From: Geosiphon pyriformis uo1
Lineage: Eukaryota; Fungi; Glomeromycota
DNA length: 45,564 nucleotides
Direction of reading: 5' to 3'
NCBI GenBank assembly: GCA_016748015.1
Contig: JAAOMT010000029.1
Location: 65,652-111,215, forward strand
Shown: in pieces, positions 36,961 to 45,564 of the stretch
How positions within the stretch are numbered: the first letter of the stretch is position 1
Layout: each line of letters opens with the position of its first letter
The notes under the pieces: generated by a model
Databases searched by the model: none
Told to the model about the DNA's origin: nothing
Seen by the model: only the letters and a program-made list of their open reading frames with translations
Position numbers and translations under genes: made by a program

Positions 36961-38583
36961 TCAAGATGAAAGAAATTGGTTGCACTCTCCAAAAGTAATA
37001 CCAAAATAAGGACCAAAATTACTGGATTTACCTAATCCATCAGTTGACTTGTTACATTCCTGAATTAAAGTACAAAGTTAAAGAGAAAGAAAAGATTTAT
37101 ATCAGTCTAAAAGAATTTCAAACCATTTTGATGTTTTTAAGTTGGCAAAAAAATCATACCCCGTTCTCGGCAAGTTTTCCTTCCCTTGTATAATATGATG
37201 GGCATTGATAAAGATCAAATCGGTCCGAGTTTTTGCCATGTATAGTGCTTTTGCAATCACAGTTGACCTGAGTGATCCAGAATTCTTCACCGCTATGTAA
37301 ATATTCTTTCCGTGTAACAGTCATTGTTGGTAATTGCGTCACAAAGTCATTTGTGTGCGTGACTCGAAAGACTCTGAAATGTTCTTCTAAGGCTTCGTCT
37401 ATAAGTTTCGCGAATTCATAATTTCCAGCCCTGGGTTGTCCAAAGGTTACAACAGTAATATACACGCTCTTGTGTTTTATTTGTAGGAGAGGCCTTTTTT
37501 TTAATTCCCAATGTACCATCAGCGCCAGATATTGTGCATAAACTTTGCATAGTTCCCATCAATAGAAATTGTATTTAGCTTTTATTAATTAAATTAGTGT
37601 AAGATATTGTCAAAGAAAAAATACCTCCTCCAATCCCGTGTCCAGTAAAAAAAATATTAATACTTTCAGATTGTATTACCTCCATTTGATGTTCAATCTT
37701 TGTTAAAAGCCTTGAAAATATTGCGCCGGATATAACTTTGGACCATTTGGAATCAATTCTAAAATGAATTTTTTTTTTTTCAAGCTGAGTAGTAACTTCA
37801 TTTTGATAGAATTTCATAGCTTTCCATTTGCTTCTAGTCATTTCTGGTCCTAAATCGAAATTTCCATAAATGAAAAAAGTCACAATCCAGAAACTAAAGG
37901 AAGAGTTATTTATATTTTTGAATTTAACAGCAGTTGACTTACCACGTAAAACTCCTACGATGCCAGCATCTTGGCCCGTCAGAAAAACGTCTCCTTTTTT
38001 TTTTTTTTTTTTTTTAAAATGAGAATAAATTAAAGAGTCAATTAAACTCTGTGTCTAAATTCTAGATTTCTCTTTATATATATATATATATATAATTTCA
38101 TTTATTACAATAAATGTAGTTACCTATTATTTCAGGTTCTTCTCCCCCAAGATAATTGAGTTCTTTAGTACAATAAAGTATACTTGCCCACCTTGCCATA
38201 TTTTGAAAAAAAACTCCAATCAGGGGATCCTTGATCAAAATTTTAGGTGGTGATTTGTTTGTAGAACCAAAACCCTTTGCGCTACGGCTCATTAAAATTT
38301 TTCGATGCCCCTTTAAAGACTCGTTTTCGACCATATACGAAGAATCTCTATGAATTGATCTAGTGATCAAGTGCTGGGTATGATTAATGGATAATTCTAA
38401 GTTTGAAAAGTTCAAAGGCGGAGGCTGCATGCCACTAACAAAAATACAATTAAAGAGCATGCTAAGTAAAATAAAAAAAAGTTCTAATGATAATGATGAT
38501 GATGATGATGATTGAAATTTGAAGCGAAAATTTCTTTTTCTGCAATGACGAATTTTATTGGCAAAGATATTTGAGCCCTTCAT
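36961..38583 (-). CDS. Class-3 lipase-fold protein 3 (Ser>Gly, His>Asn), ~405 aa; complement(join(36961..37059,37160..37542,37625..37849,37943..37993,38124..38583))
   Basis: Motifs WASILYC, VLRGP, FTGHGIGGVYAQY, TFGQPRAGNYEFA, FRVTHTNDFVTQLP, YLHSGEEFWI, ECN...SNFGPYFG. N-terminal hydrophobic segment; one extra intron relative to paralogues 1 and 2. Confidence 0.87.
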
Positions 38584-38995
38584 GATTCAGTAGATTAAAA
38601 TATTTTACAAGACAAACTCATTTTCAAATATTTTTCAACTCGTCAACTTCAAAGGAAAATTTTGTTAAAATCGTAAGTGTTTCACCAGCAGGAACTTGCT
38701 TAACTAGAACGGATTAAAATTCAGCTTTTTTGAGTCAAAAAGTTTTGTGCCGAAATATTTACCAAATAAAAATTTAAGCTTCATAGAATTGAGGATAGGT
38801 TTAAAATTTAAATTCCCTAGACTATGTAAAATTAAAAAAAAAATTAAAAAAAAATGGGAATTATTTTTTAAACATTAATAATTATGAGTACAAACAAAGT
38901 TATTTACATGGTATTGATAAAACTCAAAAAATGCTAATTTTGAAAACTTTTTTAAATCTCAAGAGAAGCTTAGATATAGATCTGTATGTATATGT

Positions 38996-39158
38996 GAATG
39001 AATGAATGAATGAATGAATGAACGAACGAATGAATGAATGAATGGATGAACGAATGAATGAATGAATGGATGAACGAATGAATGAATGAATGAATGAATG
39101 AACGAAAGAATGAATGAATGAATGAATGGATGAACGAATGAATGAATGAATGAATGAA
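38996..39158 (+). repeat. (GAAT)n tetranucleotide array with GAAC/GGAT variants
   Basis: Seen directly; ~400 bp upstream of the lipase-3 start codon. Confidence 0.95.
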
Positions 39159-40415
39159 AATTTTATCATAATGACGCATGATGATTCAAAATCTTCGGAA
39201 ATACTTTGCGCTAAAAATCAATTTTTAATTGGACCTATTATTGTTTAGAAAGTTCTAATGCTCATTATTAACTACTACTATAAACATTTTAAACTCAATG
39301 AGAGCGAATCCCAAATAGATTTCAATTAAGATTTTCCGTGTTTTAAAGATTTTCGAAATTTATAATTGACCATAATTAATTCAAAATAAGAGCCTATCCT
39401 GAAGACTACAGGAAATGAATGAAGTTTGGGCGCGCGTATATAAAAGATTCATTAATCTATGAAATAAAAATTTTATATGCAAATGTTCAACACTACACAA
39501 AGAAATTGGAATTCCATAGCCCAAAGAAGAGTTCATGAGTTTGTCATATGTTTGTAACATTGTACATGTATTCCAAAATCGGGAAACAATATAACTTTTA
39601 AAAATCATTAGTTTTAATTTGGGAATTAAATCATTGAGAAACTCAAGATACATATTGTACCCCTAAAATTTAGTCGTTGCACAGCTTTTTCTAACGCCCC
39701 AACCGGTATTATTCATTTGATTGAAAAGTTTCTGGGGGAATTCTTATCGTTACGAAAAGTTCCATTCTTTGGAAATTTTGATGAGGACCAATGAAAACTT
39801 TAACAATTGAATAATTGATTTTCAATTCAAAGCAATATTAGGTTTAGCAGTTTTCAATTTAAATTATAAATCAAGCTTTATCGAGTGAAAGGTGCATAAG
39901 TAGCAATGTAGTGTAAAGAAATCACGAGCCTTGAAAATTAAGAAAGGGGGGAGTAGGATGAGTAGGAGGAGTTAAACGAGGAAGAAGTTAAACGAGGCGA
40001 AAAATATTAGCCATGATTGCTATCCAGAATATTACGCTTTGAATGGGTCAAGAACGAAAAAAATAATAATAATTTCCTATTTTTATACAGAATTTTTATT
40101 TATTGTTTAATGTTTTTCTCTAATTTTTTATGACTTATGATATTGAAAAGGATTTAATATTTAATTGATATATACAGCGTGAAAAAATGAAACGATAACG
40201 AAGTTGGCAGAAAATTAACAAACTTTGAAATCATGCCCTACCTATTTCTGATGTTTGAATCATTCCATCCTATCTCTCTAAAAAAAAGGGCAAAATTTGA
40301 CACAACTCATGATATTTTTTCTTAAAACTTTAAATTACTGAATATTCTCTTAAAAATTTATTTTACAAAAATTGTGTGTACATTCTCAATTGAATGAAAA
40401 AATATAACTTTGTAT

Positions 40416-40970
40416 TTATATGCTGGTAACTACCATGGGTGATATTCCCCATTCAATGTTCATACTGTAAGAATTTATTCCAGCTGGGTCATTAACAGAA
40501 CCATTATTCTTAATATTGCTGGGAACCTGAAAAACTGAAGAATATGTATAATTCATAAAGAAATCATCTATAACCTCCTTGTTTGATTTGTTCGAAAAAT
40601 CGTTGATGGGAATGTTGAATTTTGTGTGTAGTCCTTGATTAGGGATATAAAGCTCCTCATCTGGTGGTTGCGTATCCAAATTTGTTCGCGCATGTAAATC
40701 GTCCTCTTGATGTTTTAGAGGGTCAAGATAAATATTAATCAAAGAAGACCTTTTGCTTCCTTTTGCTAAGATTCCATATTTGATGTGATCTATATGATTC
40801 TTGCCAAAATGATTTATGAGCTTTTTGTTGACACTTTTATCAAATGATTTAGCGGTCTTTAAAGTTTTAGAAACTTCAATCTTGTCTGATGTGGTAAGGG
40901 AAGGATGAGGTTGAATATCGAATGATATGGTTTGTTCTTGCATAAAGATTTCCCCTTTTAAAGACTCCAT
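40416..40970 (-). CDS. Hypothetical protein, 184 aa, single exon
   Basis: 555-bp ATG-initiated ORF (aaaATGg context) in very AT-rich DNA, where such length is unlikely by chance. Possible TATA (tataaa) ~100 bp upstream. No recognisable domain. Confidence 0.55.
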   Translation of the reverse strand: MESLKGEIFMQEQTISFDIQPHPSLTTSDKIEVSKTLKTAKSFDKSVNKKLINHFGKNHIDHIKYGILAKGSKRSSLINIYLDPLKHQEDDLHARTNLDTQPPDEELYIPNQGLHTKFNIPINDFSNKSNKEVIDDFFMNYTYSSVFQVPSNIKNNGSVNDPAGINSYSMNIEWGISPMVVTSI

Positions 40971-43230
40971 TTTGAGAGAATGGTTGTTTTAATGGAATTT
41001 TTAAAAATTAAACAATGAAAAGGCTATTGACAAAAGATATTCAGCAGAAAAAAAGGTTGGACGTAGACTTTTATAGTTTTTGGTCTTGCGCCTGCAGATA
41101 AAGTAAAACTGACTGTGCAGCGGTTAAAACCTGAATCTCCCTGACTAAATTTATAGGGATTTTCCGGAGTAAAATTTCCAAATTTTTAAACTTGCGTTCT
41201 GGTCACAACTGAGGCAGATTAAATAAAATATTTCTGGATTTAGCTTTCTGTGATACATTTTGGCTGTGGGAAGTTATTTAAAAAACCATATGCTTCCGAA
41301 GGGTATAAATGGTGTTTCTTGATCTATATTTAAATAAGATCTTCTGTTTATCATTATTGATTTGTGATTGTGGTAAGTCAATTATTAAAAAAATTAATTA
41401 ATCTTTTTATCGAGATTGACGAATACTTTAAATAATTTTCAAATTCGATTCTACCAATCAAGGATTAGGAGAAAGATTCTTTGTACAAAAAACTGGAAAC
41501 CCAAAGCTATTCGCAAAACTGTTATAATAAAAGAAATTTCAAAGGATTTAACGACAGTTCTCAAAATCTTTTGGCTTTTAGGCTAGATTAAAAAAAAAAG
41601 ATTATTCTTTTCCTGAAGAAAATTTTCTTTAAGAGCCTGTGTCAATAAATAATATTATTTGCTTCTTCAGATATAAGATAAAAGCTACTCCCGATTCCTG
41701 GAACAATAAACAAAGAAACTATTTTTTATTAACGAGACCTTCTGAATACCAAAAGTTTTTTATTTCAATAATTTATCATTAGTACCCATAATAATTTTTT
41801 TTAAAAAGATTTCCTAAATCAAATTTTCTTTTACCCACTTTTATCTCAGTACTTGACATAATAAGTATTTTAAAAATGTGACCACAAAACAAAGTTTGTT
41901 TGTTTTTTTTGCAAATGATATCAAAAAATCACCATATGATCCTTTTTATAATCAAGTTTCCCATTTTAGGATAGACAAAGCGGGTAGTTCTGGTGAAGCT
42001 GGCAAGGAAAAAATAAAATAGCATTCAAAATTTCAACTATAAAAAAGTCACTAACTAAATATCCCCAATGAAAAATGCCTCCTTAAATCAGGTTGAATAA
42101 TACGAAGCCTAAAAGAATCTGTTGATAAGGTCGCTCAATCTTAAAATTCCCAAAATCCCAAATAAACTTATCTGGATAAAAAATCCCGAACAAGTTACTC
42201 TATCGTAATCCGTCTTTTATTCTAGTTTAAACTCGCAAAGCTAATAAGCTTTTGTTTGTGGCCTACATAAAAATTCTTTAAACGCCAAAATTTGGTGACA
42301 CAAATCAAACGGTAAAATATTTATAGTTTTTTTTATAAATAAATCACGACAGGTTTTTAAAGGGAAGTATATTCATTATTAGAACTCACCATTTTGCGAA
42401 TGTCTTTTTTCTCGGTATTGGAATCAATCACCAAATTTTTACCTTCGATAATGCTGATAGAACATAGAAAAGCTTCTCGTTATTTTCACTTATAATTCAA
42501 TTGATATCTTAAATTTCTTGGCTATTGGAAATACTGTAACTAAATAATTAAATTAATATCTTTTTAATTTAAATAGTATATCTTTGAAACTCGTTAGAAT
42601 TTGTTTGAGTACATATTTTTATTGGTTTTTCATTCAGAACCATTGCAGAATTAGCTAATAATTTTTTAAAAACATGCTAATTTTCTTAATTTTTAATATA
42701 TGATTTAAATTTTTTAAATCAATATTAACAAATTCTCAATGATAAATTAGGAGTTCAATTATTAATCACAGATTAAATTAAATAAATCATTAATCAGTTG
42801 ACTTTGATTAAAAGTTTAATTGTGCAATTATAAAATATAAATGATTTTAAATAGGATTTGAATTTATCATTTTTAAAAGCAACCATCTTTTAAAATTATG
42901 ATAATCATATAAATAAAGTTGGATTTGATTTAGAAAAAGGGCATTAAATTAGCTGTTCTCATTGATTAAATCAAAATGAAAGTGATTGAAACATTTAGTT
43001 GGAATACAATTTTGTAAAGAATTTTTGTCGACCTAGGGATAAATTCTGAGAACTTGGATTTCTATGATTAATTTACTTTGAAATATTTCTTAAAAAAGAT
43101 TCAAATCTCTCCAGAATATATAGGGGAAAAATTTTAAAATTCACTAGGATATCTAAAACTTTAATTTGCATTTCATGAATATCAAACTCTTGCAGATTTC
43201 AACGCGTTCATTTCAAGAATCCTGTATGAC

Positions 43231-43265
<35 letters not shown>
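43231..43265 (+). repeat. (ATA)n microsatellite
   Basis: Seen directly. Confidence 0.9.
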
Positions 43266-43268
<3 letters not shown>

Positions 43269-45182
43269 ACAGAACGTGATGATAATTTCAATCAATCAAT
43301 CAACTAATGCTTTTGGCACCATTTACAAAGTTCAACAATAAATTTATCCGAATTATTTTCGAGCCGCTAGCTCGTAGTCAAAATTTAGATTGGCATATGA
43401 TAAAAAGCACCATGATTGTAATTCAGTAGTAAACGGAAAATATTGTACAGCTTTCTTTCAAATTTAGGATATCTAATCCCTATTTACTTGTCCGTTAATC
43501 AGTACTCAAAACAGTTTGGTTTTGGAAAAGTCTACATTATCTCAAAAAGAATACTCAAAGAATGAAGAACCACAAAAGTTTTAACACAATTTAACTGGTG
43601 GGAAATTATATTATTATTATTCGTTATAAAATAATAAAAGAGCTCTTCGTTTAAAAAAAAAAAAGCCGCAAGATTTTTATTATAAACTCTATGAAAGATG
43701 ATCACTGTCTCGGATCGAATATTCTTTTGTGCAGCATTTACCTATTCATCAAAATAAATAATGTCACAAGTTCATGTGCTACAAACACTGCCTTGCGGTT
43801 TTGTAATTTACAATTAAATAAATAGTATTAGTGTTTTTTTTCGAATATTTTGAGAGAATGATAAGTCCGAATTTGCTTGAGCATTTACGATAAACGAGTA
43901 AACTTGGGGGGATATAGATAACATTCATTAGAATATTCTAGTTAGAATTAGGATTAGGAAAATTAAAAAATTTTCAAGTCTCATTCGGCATTCTATATTT
44001 TCGAAAAGATTATTTTACTTGCATATCATATAATCAGCCTAAATAACCATCGAATCTAAAAAAAAAATACGTCATCCAACATCAAGAATACCAAAAAATA
44101 CGTCTTCAGCAACTAAAAATTCGTTCTTTCATCTTTTTGTAAAAGCCAACATCTTACAAAGCTCTTATTGACTTTTTTATCTAACCAAAATTTTTACATT
44201 TAAAAATGAGTTTTAAAATATAAATAAATAAGACAATGTTGAATAACAATGGTGGAGGCTTTGTTTATAAAGAATTCTAGAATCAAACTTATTTTGAATA
44301 TTTGAAAATGGTTTATAATACCTTATTTCAAAAAAAAATTTACGTTTTCGAAACAAAATCACAAAAATGAGGGGTGGGGGGTGGGAGGTTTTACCCATCC
44401 ACAAAAAAAAATTGTTTTTTATTTCAATTAGAATTTTATTTATTACATTTTATATAATTATATTTTCAATGATTTATTGCATTTATAAAATTTCTTATAA
44501 ATCAAATATTCAACTTGTAATATAATTATTTAAACAATTTTAATTTTAAAATAATAATAATAATAATAAAATTGGTTAATTAAAAATATATTTTTTATTA
44601 AAATTTATATACCTAAAGTAATTATTTTTAGTATATTTTAGTTTAAAATTCCTTTTTCTTAATTAAACTCAAGACAACAATTAATTAAAGAGTTAAGCCG
44701 TATTTTAATGAATAACATATTGCAGAAATTTTGGACGATCTAGCTCAATTATTTAATTTGTGGAATATATTCAAAATGTAAATTCAGAGCCAGATGAATA
44801 ACTTATACAGGAATGTTTCAATGAAATTTATTTATCCGTATAATTGAAAATTGCCAAAAAAATTTTGTAAGAAAAGGATGTTAATTTTGCTAATTAATAT
44901 AACTGTTGTAGCGATCTTCATTCTCAATAGTTTTACTCCAATAATACTAAATGAAATGCTACTTATGATTAATATCGTAATTAATTTTTAACCCTTTTAT
45001 ACATTACGGTTTTAATTTGCATGTTGGCCTCTCTACGAATTTGTCATCGACCCAAGATTCCAAAAATACCTTCTCCGTGCTGCATAACGACAATGACAGT
45101 GAGGTTTCCAGCCAATCTAACTTGGCAGCAGGACTATCCAAAGGTACTATGAAAATATCACACGATCAATGTTTTTTAGGGC

Positions 45183-45564
45183 TCAAGGTTTTCCTAACAA
45201 GCCAGATTTGTGATCTGCAATAACTGTGGAGGAATCCGAAGGCTCAAGATCAAAGGCACTCGCATTAAGTTTTTGATTTTTTAAATTGTTGAACTCTTCT
45301 TCGTCTTTAAGAAAATTTGGGACTTTCTGATGTTTTGGTTTTTTCAGCTGTTGGATTAAGAAAAATATTTTGTGCAATATATTGCTGAGAAGAAGAACGG
45401 CGCTGAGAATTAGAGTGATTAGAGGAATGATATCCCACGTTACAACATTTTTCCGATACAAGACCTGAAAGAAAATGAAACCAATTGAATTTCAATTTCA
45501 AATCGAAAAAAGATTTTAGTTAGTCAAATTTACGTACCTGCACAAGAAATTGCGGAATTGCCTT
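45183..45564 (-). CDS. 3' part of membrane protein gene, copy B (5'-truncated by window); complement(join(45183..45464,45538..>45564))
   Basis: Inverted near-identical paralogue of 1..439 with the same intron. Ends ...SGLLGKP* instead of ...SGLLSKPSLGRG*. Confidence 0.7.
45185..45564. repeat. Right arm of ~380-bp inverted duplication (partner 43..422)
   Basis: Direct reverse-complement match. Confidence 0.95.

Noticed and set aside
38924-39179. HSFIHSFI ORFs; possible CRISPR-like or telomeric array
   Set aside because: Simple (GAAT)n tetranucleotide repeat with no spacers, and not a TTAGGG-type repeat.
43-45564. Terminal inverted repeats of a giant transposon (Polinton- or Starship-like)
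   Set aside because: The arms are spliced host-gene sequence. No intact integrase, tyrosine recombinase, polB or capsid gene was seen inside.
1-45564. tRNA, rRNA or CRISPR arrays
   Set aside because: No cloverleaf, rRNA-like or repeat-spacer pattern recognised by eye; tRNAscan-SE and Infernal would be needed to exclude them.

Overview
AT-rich, intron-rich eukaryotic DNA. The gene families and intron style suggest an early-diverging fungus of the Glomeromycotina/Mucoromycota type (inference). The ORF track mostly shows exon fragments, so I rebuilt gene models by hand from splice sites. Genes found: a Sel1-repeat protein, a sphingolipid delta-4 desaturase (DES1), a stand-alone TFIIS central-domain protein, a short VIVID-like LOV photoreceptor, a KUP/HAK K+ transporter, a 400-aa two-TM protein, three class-3 lipase-fold paralogues and one orphan ORF. 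Both window ends carry the 3' part of the same membrane-protein gene as a ~380-bp, ~98% identical inverted duplicate. Mobile DNA comprises two clear and one weaker Tc1/mariner relics, plus a decayed IS607-type element (serine-recombinase tnpA and a Fanzor2/TnpB nuclease) that the ORF track misses. A 1.1-kb direct repeat around a 20-N gap is almost certainly an assembly artefact. Best leads: (1) all three lipase paralogues have Gly in place of the catalytic Ser (GHGxGG), suggesting a pseudo-enzyme family; (2) the LOV protein keeps its photoactive Cys but lacks the conserved active-site Gln (VGFA); (3) the two-TM protein resembles the animal proton-activated chloride channel PAC/TMEM206; (4) the fossil IS607/Fanzor2 element. 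All homology calls come from manual translation and recalled motifs, not database searches.
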